The notes beneath the pieces were generated by a model. That model worked only from the letters and a program-made list of their open reading frames with translations. It was not told the DNA's origin and made no database searches. A program made the translations under genes and the position numbers. A stretch of 64,000 bases of DNA from Octopus sinensis (Eukaryota). Of this stretch, positions 23,550-36,279 are shown one piece after another (positions within the stretch are counted from its first letter, which is position 1; each line of letters starts with the position of its first letter). The stretch is taken from NCBI RefSeq assembly GCF_006345805.1, contig NC_042999.1:12772001-12836000 (forward strand), given 5' to 3'.

Positions 23550-24293
23550 GCAGACAAATCCCTTCAAAAGATGACCCTACTCAATCTGTAGAAAAGGCAT
23601 AGGTAGAAACTCCATGAGATGTACATGGTGTAAGCTATGGGCACATAAGTGGTGCAGCAATATCGGAGGAAAGTTAACTGGGAAAATAGTTTTTGTATAT
23701 GAAAGATGCACAGGTGCAATCAACACCAAAAGTGTACAGAAAACAAAATCCATCACATACCTGGAGGGAAATAGTCGATAGCTTCCACTATCTAGGTGAG
23801 TAAGTCAGTAGCGGGGGTGGATGCTGTGAGAGTGTAGTTGCTAGAATAAGAATAGGCTGGGCAAAGTTCAGAGAGCTTCTACCCCTGTTGGTAACAAAGG
23901 GCCTCTCGCTCAGAGTGAAAGGTAGACTATGATACCTTTGTACAAACAGCCATGCTACACAGCAGTGAACCATGGGCTGTGACTTGAAAGAAATGATGCT
24001 AGTATGCTTCGCTGGATGTGTATTGTCAGTGTGCACACATGACAGAGTGTAAGCACTCAGAGACAAAAATTAGACATAAGAAACATCAGATGTGGTGTGC
24101 AAGATGCCTGACTGGCTCCTGTGCTGGTGGGATGTAGAAAGCAGCCACTAAACTCTGAAAGTGGTTGGTATTAGGAAGGACATCCAGTTATAGAAACCTT
24201 GCCAAATCAGACGAGCTTGGTGCAGCCTGCTAGTTCTGAGTCAAACAGTCCAACCCATGCCAGCATGGAAAGTGGATGTTAAACGACGATGAT
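23550..24293 (+). mobile_element. Degenerate RTE LINE fragment between the two genes
   Basis: Same family as 340-1508 (VDSFHYLG, AKFRELLPLL), with the family 3' tail. Confidence 0.85.
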
Positions 24294-26391
24294 TTACTCT
24301 CAAAAGTTTTTTTTAACAAGAAAACTCTCCTGAAATAGTAAAGTACCAAGCTATTATATTGTTGAATAATAATAATATAGCAGAAAAAAATATCTATTAG
24401 ACAACTTTATTTTCATGGTATTGGTTGAAATGCTCTGTAGACTTGTAGGTGGTTAAAACATGAGGATTCTAAGTTTATTTATAACAAATATCACTTATGT
24501 ACATTTAATTTTCAGCAGAGAATAACACACGGAGGAAAATTTTGATTTGCTTTCTTTCCTACCATTTCAAATGGTGTATGTATGAGTGTTGAAATGTGTA
24601 GGAAAGAGGGTTAAAATAATGAAAATAACCCAGCATTTGAAAATATTTCACAGGCAGGGTGTTGGTGGGTGTAAGATGACAGACAAGAAAAAATTTACAT
24701 GCTTTTTTTTTTTTTCAAATACAAATGTGTGGGGGCCAAAAAAAAAAAGTGTGGCAGATAAAGGTGGGGGAAATCACAAAAACCCAAATCTTTGTCCCCC
24801 CTCCCCAATTGCAAAACTCTCTACCCCCTTCCATCTCTACACATTTGCACAAATGCTTGAACTAAGATTTGTTTCAGTGTCATCTAGACAGTGTAGAATC
24901 AGGCTGCCAGGAACTAAGATGTTACTCTATCAGGTAAAAGGAACGAGCCAGACTAGAGGTATATCACAGTGTCAACAGATTATAATTTTGTATATAATCT
25001 TACAGAGTTAATTTTTTTGTTAATTGGTGTAGAGGGGGAGGAGTGGCAAAGGATTATGGTAATGCTAACAACCATTTAGTGACTGAAAATACTGTTAAGG
25101 TTTGAACAGGTGAGTTATGTTTAACTTGAAATACAAAGGTCTGATGGTTTTCATCACTAAAATCAGAACCAAAAGGTTTCTTACATCTGTATTACCATCG
25201 AATGTCCTACTGACAATTTATGTTGCAGTAAAACAATTTCTTTATAACCCAGATGGCTACTACAAACATCTTGACCTGCCTGGCATCAGTTGATGCTTTT
25301 TAAGACAAACAAAATGAAAGTCAGCAGAATGAAATAACCAGGAGCAGCAATAATCTTTGTCAATTAAGAATTACATACAGAAGACAAAAAATAAAAATTA
25401 TTCCTTGAGTTGTAGCTGCACTTACAACAACTAAGCTCCAATAAATTAAACATTACTTTCAGAATGACGTTGCAATAATTAATACATACTGCTAATTATG
25501 TAAACAAGTGACATGAAGTGAATATTTCTGGGGAAGAAAATACACAGCATTTTTTTGCTTTTAAATTTAATCAACTCTAAGATAAGGAAGGGGAGAAAAT
25601 ATTTTTTTTTTTTAACAGAAGAAACTCGGGAATGGGTGAAAGAAGAAATTGCAATGGATTGTGCTTAAGATGTGGATTTTTGAATAATCTAATACAGTTA
25701 CATTTCAAATGGTGGGGAGCTGAAGAAAGAAATATGCAGAAACCAAGTCAGCCCTTAGTGAAGCTGTGATTTAAAGGACAATATCTACACTCAAATCCTG
25801 AGATCAACAAATCCTTTTATGCATCACTCTTTTCACTTCAACCCTCTGAAAACACGAGTCAAAGTCTTCAGCACTCTAACCAGAGAATACTGTTAAAAAA
25901 ATAATCTGTTATAGAAACCATTTCCTTCATTTTAAGGAAATGGTAACAGGTTATTGCTGACCCAGCAAAATGAAAGAAGTGATCAATGTCAATCAGTGTT
26001 TTTCGTTTTCTTTGCAAGGTTGCACAGGTCCATGTGAAGCAAGTGTTGCTCTTTAGGGTCCAACATGTTATAGACATTGCAGCCAATTCTTTGTAATGCT
26101 TTCATCACAGACAAACTGATATTAAAGAAGAATAATTGAGATCGGAAGACTAAGTGTGTAATAGTGGCCAGACATTATCAATTCTACGTATAACTGAATT
26201 TAAGAAAGATTAAAAATAGAAGGGAAAAAATGCCCTCAAAATATCAGTAGTGCCTGGTGTGATGGTAAGAGGATCTCTTTTTAAACTCTGAGAGTCAAAA
26301 AGATAAAAAAGTTGACCAAACCACTTGTCTGTAGCTTTTCTTTTTTTGGTGATTAGGTTGTCTTCATGTCCACTCACTGGTCTTAACTTGA

Positions 26392-26575
26392 TCAAATGTC
26401 TAAACCACGAGTTACTGAAGATTCTAAAGAGACATTATAGTCAACTAAAGTGTCCAGAATATGCACCAGAAAGCTCATAGCTGTTACATTTCTTAGGAAA
26501 GAGTTTTCTTCATACATTTGTGTTGTCACTGTTGTGTTGGCCATTAATGGAAGCCATTGTTGTAGCAGACGGTCT
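26392..26575 (-). CDS. DENND5: DENND5 terminal exon (DRLLQQWLPL...MYEE...VTRGLDI*)
   Basis: cttttgcag acceptor, 184 nt, TGA at 26392-26394; matches the RUN2 C-terminus; absent from the ORF track. Confidence 0.95.
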
Positions 26576-27814
26576 CTGCAAAAGACAAGAGAAAGCAGAT
26601 ATTAAAAAAGAAAAATTCAGTTTATGTATGCAATTGAGACATGAAATTAAAATGGCCATCGGTATATGCCTCATGTATATACGCTACTGAAAGGCATCAT
26701 TGAATAACTGATAGCATTTACAATTATTAATCCAAAAACCAATTTTTTCCTATTAATACGAGTATACCATTTCTTTACTGTTATTTTGCAAACCTAGGAT
26801 GGTATTTTTTCCTTTTTAGGATTCCAGTTGGTTACAAACATTTACTAATATAAAATGAGCCCTATGGAGAAAGGGCATGAGCACCTTTTATGAAATGGAT
26901 TTTGCTATCATTTAGATAGACAACTTTGAAGTGGAAGAGAGTCTTGGTGTTGTACTGAAGACAAATACCAAGGTCATATCCAGGTTTATGGGAAGGTGCC
27001 ATGGAGCATGGTATGTGCCACAGCCAGCAGTATCAGCAATGAAGCAGACGTTTTTAAATATTCATGAGAGGGTTGCTGCATCCTCTGACAGCTCAGGAAG
27101 AATGATCCAAGAGAATTGTTATGCATGGTAATGTTGATGTGCTAGATTAGGAATGGCTCATCACTTAATTTAGTCATTACAATAAGATTCCATAGTTTTT
27201 ATAAAAATCAATGTAAAATATAAATTAGTTGCATTACTATTTCAAAGCAATCGTCTAGTTTTCTCCAAACCCGTTGTTCACTCTTAAGCTCAGGGCCAGT
27301 AAAACAGTAACCTTACAAAAGCTGCTCAACTACAAAAACTGCAATCACTGATTATTCACAAATCAGGTTTCAAAAGATGAAATATTGTAATGGTGAGGAA
27401 GTGTTAATAAATTACTTCATGTAACGATGTGACAGACAATGATGATTTTAAATACTTTGATTAATTCATATTGATTGCCTAAAAAAAAACAAAGAATCAA
27501 TATGAAATTAAAGACCCCAGTTTTCCTAAATAACAAAGGAAACAACCTTCTGTGGAACACTTCTCTAAACTCAATGAAAAAAAACAAAAAAAGAGAAATG
27601 TGTCTGTTTTAATGCCTTTTTATTTCATGCTCGCATGACAAACAGCATCTTTCTGGTTGGATGCTCTTCCTATCACCCAACCCTTACTTTCAAGTAAGGG
27701 ATTTAAAAAATTTACATTTATGAATTTGTTTTGCAAGATTCCTGATGTGAAATAATGTGTTGAAACAGATATTATATTTTGGGAGGTCATTGTTTTTTTA
27801 CCCTCCAAGTAAAC

Positions 27815-27997
27815 ATATATTCATTCTTCACTTCAGATCTATTATTGTTCTTATTTTATGTCCCTTGTCTGGAATTCTTTTGTCACACACCCAATGACCT
27901 CTTTACTGAAGAGGTCATAGGATGTGTGACAAAAGATTTCCAGACAAAGGACATAAAATAAGAACAATAATAGATCTGAAGTGAAGAATGAATATAT
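27815..27997. repeat. Long fold-back: 89-bp arms, 4 mismatches, 5-nt loop
   Basis: 27815-27903 is the reverse complement of 27909-27997; it explains the mirror ORFs 27779..27961 and 27851..28084. Confidence 0.95.
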
Positions 27998-29073
27998 ATA
28001 TATTGTGTATATGTTTGGCAAAAAAGAAAACACCATTAAAAAAAGGATGTATCTATAATCATAATTTAGATGTCCATGTTTCAAGCGGGCATGAGCTGGA
28101 CAGTTTGACAGGATCTAAGGACTGCATTATCCGCTTTGGCATGGTTTCTATGATTGGGTGCCTCTCCCAATGCCAACCACATCACAATGTGGACTGCGTG
28201 CTTTTACAAGTGACTAGCAGTAGTGAAGTTGTCATGCAGGTTTCAAGACTATGAATCCAGAGGGGTGAAGCTTAATGCTAGGTGATGAGGTGGGGTTAAG
28301 TATGAAAAAAGGGGCCAAAGCAAAATAGGTTTCTTACTGTAGAGGAGCCACATGGCTCTTCCCAATTTACAAGAGAGAGAGAGAGAGTGGGAGTGATTGG
28401 GTGGAGCTAGCAAGATATATAAATAGTGGTGGTGATGTGGATACATGGCAGAAGTGCAGGCAAAGCCATGTGACTAAGAATTTTGTTTTTCATTCATGTG
28501 ATTTCAGCTTCAATATATTAATTGGATGTGTCTTGAGAAGACAAGTAAAATTGTGGCCATCCATACATACAGGCGGTTCCTTTGCAGGTGCCAGTGCTAT
28601 GTAAAAGACACTCGTGTTGGTGCCATGTGAAATGCACCCAGGCCAGTGCTGCATAAACGTATCTGTGCTGGTGACATGTAAAAAGCACCCAGCACATTAA
28701 AGTGGTTGGTGTTAGGAAGGGCATCGAGCCATAGAAACCATGCCAAAACAGACGAAGTTTGAACAGCTCTCCAGCCTTGCCAGCTCCTGTCAAACCATCC
28801 AACTCATGCCAGCATGGGAAACAGATCTGAAACGATTATGATGAAGTGTATTTTCTATACATTTTCACAATAGTAAGTCTAAAATAATTAGTACTTTGAA
28901 CAGCTGATCCAAATGTTTGCAGACTCTGCAAAAAGTACAGCCTAGAGCTATGAATCCAAATCACAAATGTTTATCTACAATGTTAATTGATAAAACAAAC
29001 AAACTCCAATAAGATCCAAAGGAAGAAGACAAAAAAATCTCAAAAAAAAAAAAACCAAACCAAGACATCTTAC

Positions 29074-29260
29074 CTGATTCCAAAGCAGATGAACAATTGG
29101 AAGCGGCCATCCTTGCCAATGGATTCTGATGACGTGTCATTAATCTGTTTAATAAGTTTACAAAAATTTAAGTAACCAGCTCTGGCTTGCTCGGTTGTAG
29201 CGGCAGGTGGTAAACTCTCAGGACAGTCCAGAAATGTCTCAAAGCAACATTTCACTCTTT
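29074..29260 (-). CDS. DENND5: DENND5 exon, RUN2 (ERVKCCFE...SIGKDGRFQLFICFGIR)
   Basis: ttttgacag acceptor, gtaaga donor, 187 nt, phase 1-2. Confidence 0.95.
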
Positions 29261-31390
29261 CTGTCAAAATAAGCAAACCAAAACTTTACCAGTTGCTAGA
29301 GATTACAAGAAAAACTGAAGCTTGTTTGGTCCCCTCAAACTGTCCAATCCAGGCAGCATCCAAAGACAAACATTAAATGAAGATAATGAAATGCTACAAT
29401 CTCTCTACTTTTAATTCAATTGGCCAGTTAATAAAAAGCTGTTATATTTAAAGCATAATTATCTAAATATGGAAACATTATATCCTCTTTCACTCATAGA
29501 GATAAAAACATTTCAACATAAGGAAAAACAAAAAAAAAAATCTTAAATATAAACCTAGAAGCGGTTCTCTGCCCTCGGTCATCTCAGTGTCTCTCTCTGC
29601 CCTTTCTCAGTAAGCAACTCCAAGCAGCAACAGCTGCAGTTCCCAGTCAAATAACCAAACACCTCCGTTTTAATGCTATCTTTGCCAAAACGATTGCAGT
29701 TCAACAGGTCTGCAATAAGCTTCGTATCTCCATCTCCCTTAAACTCCTATTATCTTATGACGTATTATTCTTATGTCTCCAGCATTTCATCCAAATACTG
29801 GAGAGTTCTCGAATTAGGGGATGCCTTGAGAAATTTAAGGGTCTATTGGAGGATGTGTAAAAACAGTGGAATTCTGAAGTGATCACCAAGGCACCTTCAG
29901 ATCAAGGCATTAATACAAAAATAAAATATTGTCAGATATGGTGTTTAAAAATGTTGACTTCCAAATATAAATTATAGGTTGTCTGTTTTATGGTACCCAC
30001 CCGTCTGACAATACTTCACAAGGAGTACTCTAACACTACCAGATATGACAAATGGGTATGCAAGAAGAAGAAGTTTGAGGACCCACTCTAGATATTGACT
30101 TTTCTGTACCAAAAGCAGGCAACCATCAGGTACCACCCAGTGGAACAGTATCTAGGTGCATAAAATAGCTACATCAGCAATCATTTGAGCCAAGAGAGTT
30201 TGTAATGTCCAATAAGTTTAGCTCTTATGAGAGATAACTGCAACGAGTGCCAAATTTCCTTCAAATCCCTTTTCATAACTAACGAGTGATAGTTTATTCC
30301 AGTCGTTACAGATTCTCTTCCCCCATTGATCATAATCTTTGATGGACAATATCAAAAGTGTTTACTCAAACACTGTCAGGTCTTCTTTCATTCACATTCT
30401 CAGCTTTAAAGAAAATCCATTTAAATAGTTAGAGACTTGCCATAGGTTTCATAACGATCATCTGTTGGTAATCTCACATTACAGAGCCACATTAAGGGTC
30501 CCAAAAGCTAAGCTCCTGCTTCAGAACCAGAAATACTTCAACATCCATTACGAGTCTCAATTGAGTCTTGTACAGTCACCAACATCTGCTACTACATCTG
30601 GAATGATGCAGTTGTCACACATAAAGATCCTATACCACATCTGACTAACTAAACAAAACACTCCAACCTTTGGCACGCAGGAGGGCTGTGTCTCTTCTAT
30701 CCACTTTTTCGATCACTACTACAATAACATCTCTTCCTCACAACTAGCTACTTGCATATCACCACCTCGACACAGTATCCCCGATTCTTTTCTTCCCCAA
30801 TCTGCACCCCACCCCCATCTCCTTATAGAGAAGTCAACTGTCTGTATCAATCCAACCAATCCGATCAATTAAAAAAAAAAGTTAGAAGTCTATGGAAACA
30901 TCCATGGACTTGCAAAATATGGAAAGGAAATAAACAATGATATAGAAGTCTGTTTAATTAGCATGTATTTTTTGTTTTTTTAACTTTTAACCCTTTGAAC
31001 TTGCAAGCATGTTTTAGCAGATGTAATTTCATTTGACCCTGAAAGACACAAAAGAGGGAAGTCATGTAATTTTGCATCTACAGATGAAAATGATGAGGTT
31101 TCTGCCAGTTAATGATACATAAAACCATGTAGCTAACTTTTTGAGTCTTCCATGAGTGTAGTCAAATGAAACAGCATCTGCTAAAATGTATTGATTGGTT
31201 CAAAAGAGTAATTCTACAAAATAAGAATGAGTTAGAAGGTGGTCAAATATAAAAGACATAATTAACAACTATAACAAGCAGATGGTTGTAAAATGTAGAA
31301 AATACAATTAGTAATTATGACAAACTGATAACTGGAGGCTGTAAAGCAGAAATAATTAGAAATTATAGAATTTGTAAATGTGGTTCTTAC

Positions 31391-31517
31391 CTAGATAGTC
31401 CCATGCAAAGAATTTATGTCTGAAAAGACGTGCAGATTTGAAGCCACATTTGAAGACACACTCAATGCATTGTACCAATCCATTTTCACCACACAGTAAA
31501 TAGGTGATGTTACCACG
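31391..31517 (-). CDS. DENND5: DENND5 exon, RUN2 (RGNITYLLCGENGLV...GFKSARLF...WDYL)
   Basis: gttttctag acceptor, gtaaga donor, 127 nt, phase 0-1. Confidence 0.95.
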
Positions 31518-32642
31518 CTAGAAAACACCAAGGTTTAGAATGTTATTGAGGTTACAATACAGTCAAATAGATTTGTACATTTCAAATTTATACATTTACA
31601 TTCTAGATTTATAAGATTTTTGTAACATACACTCACATAGTCAGCATCATCGTTTAATGTCCATCTTGCCTGCAGGCATGGGTCGGACGGTTTGACAGGA
31701 GCCAGCCAAATAGAACCCGACCCCCAGGCTACTTTCTCTGTTTTGGCAGGGTTTTTACAGTTGGATGCCCTTCCTAACACCAACCACTCTGCAGAGTGGA
31801 CTGAGTGCTTTTTATGTGGCACCAGCACAGGTGAGGAGGTCAGTTTTGGCATGGAAAAAAAGCTATGGTAGAATGTTGTATAGTGTAAAATTTATAACAT
31901 GTCACTGGTGCAAAAAGGTTCACTTTCTAGAAAAGAGCATCTCTATGTTTTCTTTCAGAACATGGAGGAGTAAGTATGGCCATGTGGTTAAGAGGTTTGC
32001 TTGCCAACCATGTGGTTTTTGATTCAGTCCTACTTCACATGTCTTCTACTATAAGTTAAGGCCAACCAAAGTCATGTGAATGGAATTTGTAGAAGGGCAC
32101 TGAAAGAAGCCCGTCACGTATGTGTGTTCCTTTGTCTTAATACCATGGGATGGTTGTAAACAAGCATCACCATTACACAAGCAATGTTGTTTGCTTGCAG
32201 TCTTCCATGAAAAATATGTCTGGCCATGGGGAAATATCTTACTTGGAAATGTGTGAAAGTTGGTGACAGGAAGGGAATCTGGCTGTAGAACGTCTGTCTC
32301 AACAAACTCTGTCTGGTCCATGTAAGCAGTAAAATGATGATGTCTACTTTCTGTCCCCATCTTTTAACTTTTCCTGACAAGCTGTATGGTACCTGGGCCC
32401 TGTTTAGCTGGCAGAATCATTAGAATATTGGACAGAGTACTTAGCATCATTTCTCCTGGCTCTTTACATTCTGAGTTCAAATTCTTCCAACATTCAAGTT
32501 TGCCTTTCATTTATTTTCAGGGTTGATAAAATAGAACAGCAGTCAAGAAATGTGGTCAATGTGACTTGTCCCTTCTCACTAAAATTGCTGGCCTTGTGCC
32601 AAAATCAGAAAATATTATTATTATTATAATTCTGGTAGGTAC

Positions 32643-32725
32643 CTCTTTCTCCGGTTTGTGATAATGTTTGACTATGTTGTTCACAGCATGACCTAACGTC
32701 TCTTGGATCTCTGGAATGGTTAAAC
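32643..32725 (-). CDS. DENND5: DENND5 exon (LTIPEIQETLGHAVNNIVKHYHKPEKE)
   Basis: ccctcccag acceptor, gtacct donor, 83 nt, phase 1-0. Confidence 0.95.
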
Positions 32726-33283
32726 CTGGGAGGGAAAAAGAAAACATTGCTAAAGGAATGGTAGGACATTTTGAAGGATTTATTAAAATGGTTGAGGGTG
32801 TTGGGTTTTAAATTTTGAAATACTTAGAATAACAGAATTGATATTTTGGATTTCAAGGTTTTAAACAGATATAGTTACAAGCATTGTGTCTAACAGATCA
32901 TGTAAGTAACATATCTTTTAGTATAACTAAAGCAGACTCAATAAGTGATAGAACTAGTATTGTAACTGGAGCATGTATAATGAAAGCTATGTTTCATTGA
33001 TGAGGTCACAACAAGCAGAAACAAAAACCTATATTAGACATTATTTCACTTTTTTTTTTCTCATTGCATAATTATTTCTAGTTAACATATTTAACCTGAG
33101 TAGCATTAAAAAAGCTAACATGGAACTTTAAAGGGACAGAGATTGATTCAGAAGCAATCCTTATCAGCTGTTGTTTGTTTAACTTCGTTAGCTTTACAAC
33201 TCACAACTAAGATCATTAATTTCACACACTAATTAAGGTTCAGCAAATCTTTTAGGAATGTTTGAGTAGAAAAACAAACTCAC

Positions 33284-33367
33284 TGTGCTCTAATAATTTG
33301 TGTCGAGGTGAACCCGTGGGAGCTGGTGACATACATCGAGGGGGTGTCCTTGATAAAGATCCCATAT
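33284..33367 (-). CDS. DENND5: DENND5 linker exon (MGSLSRTPPRCMSPAPTGSPRHKLLEH)
   Basis: tttcagcag acceptor, gtgagt donor, 84 nt, phase 1-1; RTPP is also in the vertebrate linker. Confidence 0.88.
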
Positions 33368-33486
33368 CTGCTGAAATACAGAAGTGAAAACGTCAGGAAA
33401 AAAAAAAGGATAAAGGAGAGGAAAAGAGAAATTCAAAATTTTCAAAATCGAGTCAGAGACAAGAAAAAGAAAGAAAGCTTTTCTAC

Positions 33487-33581
33487 CTTCATTTTCTGTG
33501 GTGCTGTGTACTAATTCTCCAACAAGTAAACGTTCGGTGCTTCCATCATCTACACGACCCAACCATTTTCCGCATGGAAAC
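33487..33581 (-). CDS. DENND5: DENND5 exon, PLAT end (FPCGKWLGRVDDGSTERLLVGEL)
   Basis: gatttatag acceptor, gtagaa donor, 95 nt, phase 2-1. Confidence 0.95.
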
Positions 33582-33829
33582 CTATAAATCAGATAAGTTC
33601 TTTTATTGAAGAGAAAATCTGGAAACAATCATCTCTTTTCAGAAACAACAACAACAATAATAATAATAATTATTTAACTGCAGGTTTTAAAGCAGACGTA
33701 CAAATTAATATGATTTCATTAAATCTAGTCACGTCATTTAGCTTCAGGAGTTTTCACAACTTTAAAGCTAAACTTCAGATTTAGCTGAGCTGTCTTGTTT
33801 GGTTTCTGAAGATTTTGTGCCGATGACAC

Positions 33830-34100
33830 AAAACTGGCTGACTGCCACCCATGCCGGTGGCACGTAAAAAGCACCATTTGAGCATGATTGTTGCCAGTGC
33901 CACCTGATTGGCTCCTGTGCCGGTGACATGTAAAAAGCACCCACTACACTCTCGATGTGGATGGCATTAGGAAGGGCATCCAGCTGTAGAAAAACTGCCA
34001 GATCAGACAGGAGACTGGGGCAGCCTTCTGGCTTGCCAGCCCTCAGTCAAACCGTCCAACCCATGCCAGCATGGAAAGCGGACGTTAAATGATGATGATG
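33830..34100 (+). mobile_element. RTE-tail SINE-like copy (representative of a family with many copies in both orientations)
   Basis: ttaggaagggcatccagctgtagaaa...aaccgtccaacccatgccagcatggaaagcggacgttaaatgatgatg. Other copies at about 3310-3520, 28490-28845, 31645-31830, 34820-35010, 44620-44790, 46780-46970, 53098-53265, 53910-54080 and 61400-61745. Confidence 0.85.
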
Positions 34101-35491
34101 TGTGCATCAGTGAATTGGGGATGGAACAGGTGCAGAATCTAAGAGAGGAGATAATGATTTAGTGTCTGGTGGTGAAAGGAAGCTAAACGGCTCAAAACTG
34201 CATCTCTTAGTAAAATAAAAAAAAAGGTATTGATTAAAAAAAGAATAATGTTCTCAGTTGTTTTCTTTCTTTCTTTCTTGGCAGTGTGGGGGTGGGTGGG
34301 GAGGATGCTAAAACAAGCAAATCAATGACTAATATTCCAAACTTTGGTACTTCTGAACTTGTAGAACAGGAAGTACACCATCATTTTTCTAACGTCCACT
34401 TTTCCATGTTTGCATGGGTCAGAGAAAAAGAGAGACTTGATGCAGGTAGATTTCCTATGGCTCGATGCCCTTCTGGCTGTCACCTGTCACCTGGTTCCAA
34501 AGCAAGGAAATCTTTCTCCATGGCCAGACATGTTTTCACCAAAGATTGGAAATGAATGGCATTCATTCATAACAATCATAACAAGGACACACACACCTTT
34601 TATCTTTTCTTGTTTCAGCCGTTTGACTGCAGCCATGCTGGGGCACTGCCTTGCAGAGAGGTTAGTCAAACAAATCAACCCCAGTGCCTGCTCTTCTTTT
34701 TAAGTTCGGTACTTATTTTATCAGTGACTTTCACTGAACTGCTAAGTTACAGAGACGTAAACAAACCAACACTGGGGTGGGATGGAAACACACACACACA
34801 CATATGGATATATATACACATCATCATTTAGTGTCCATTTTCCATGCTGGCATGGGTTAGATGGTTTGACTGGAATTGGTCAGCCAGAGAGCTGCTGCAA
34901 CAGGCTCCGGTCTGTTTTGGCTTGGTTTCTAAAGCTGAAGGTCCTTCCTAACACCAACCACCCCATAGAGTGTACTGGGCATCTTTTACATGTCACCAGC
35001 ACAGGTGCCGTTTGCATGACACCAACACGGATGCCTCACATGCGTTACTGGTGTTGTCTGCAACAAATGAAGGACTTCTTTCAGTGTCTGTCAACTAAAT
35101 CCATTCACAAGGCTTTAGTTGGTCTGCAGCTATAGAAAAAGACACTTGCCCAAGGTGCTACATAGTGGGACTGAAACCCCAAACCATCTTGTTGGGAAGT
35201 GAAGTTCTTAAAACACAAAGGAGAAAGAGAGTCTGCCGAATGCTGACCCAACAGAGGGACCAGCTATCCGAATTGACAGTACCTTGGTAGATAAAGCAAT
35301 TAAGGGTATGAAGACAGGGAAAGCCCTGGGCCCATCAGGAATCATCGCAGAGATGCTCAAAATATCTGGTGATGTCAGCTATAGCTTAGTCACCCGTATA
35401 GTTAACCAGGTGATACCTGAAGGAATCTTGACTGGTGTAGCAGCACCATAGTCAACTGCTACAAACGGAAAGGTGACACTTTAGATACAAA

Positions 35492-36248
35492 CTAGCTTAA
35501 GGTGACCCACTCTACGCGCGGGGGAGGGTGTGGTTCTTACTTTCTGTTTCTTATCGCCACATGTTCCCTCTTTGTTTCTCTCTCCTATCTCTCTCACTTT
35601 CTCACTCTTCCTTTCTCTCGGACTCTCCCTTGCTTTCTCTTATGCGTGCACATAAAATCATAAAAATAATTCAAAATTACTTAAAATTTTGTGAAATTTC
35701 ATACTTTTTTCTGATATATTTCGACGGTTCATGATGCTAAAATTTTGGCCTTTAACACAATGTCATTTTTACCTATGTTAACTAAATAATACAAACAGAA
35801 AATAATTAAATCTAAAGATAGGGCAAAAATGTACTCTTTTTAAAAGGGGAAAAATTTTACCCCCCTTTCCAAAATCCCCCAAATTTTTACACCTACTATT
35901 AAAGATACCGCCTCTAGCCCCTGCAGAAACACAAAAGCCACCATTATTCAAACAGTGCAACCTGTCCATCCTATAAAACTCAATTTTTTCCATATTCATC
36001 ACCATGGCAACCAAACGGTAGCCCCAAGCGACTTGCAACCCTCCTCACACCATTGTCCACCCCATTTTACTCCCCAGTGTAAATCTTGGTGCCAATCTGA
36101 CCCCCATCTACTGCCCCTTAAACTGTTCCCATCCCAAAATGAGACAAATAACCAAGAAATCAAAGAACTTTTTCGCATTTCGGCTTTATAGATTGATGAT
36201 TATATATATATATATATATATGTATACACATTATATATATATTTATAT

Positions 36249-36279
<31 letters not shown>

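Noticed and set aside
26931-27131. Nested gene or alternative last exon in the final DENND5 intron
   Set aside because: No recognisable motifs; the minus-strand acceptor gives only about 10 codons before a stop; no support.
27779-28084. Duplicated small peptide genes on opposite strands
   Set aside because: Both ORFs are by-products of the 89-bp inverted repeat.
29600-30900. Degenerate LINE RT relic
   Set aside because: Only faint motif echoes (VSSIHFFDHYYN); too eroded to assign or bound by eye.
33540-33581. One-residue shorter PLAT loop (WLGRVDD versus vertebrate WLGKGMDD)
   Set aside because: Comparison rests on memory of one ortholog, and a single loop indel is unremarkable.
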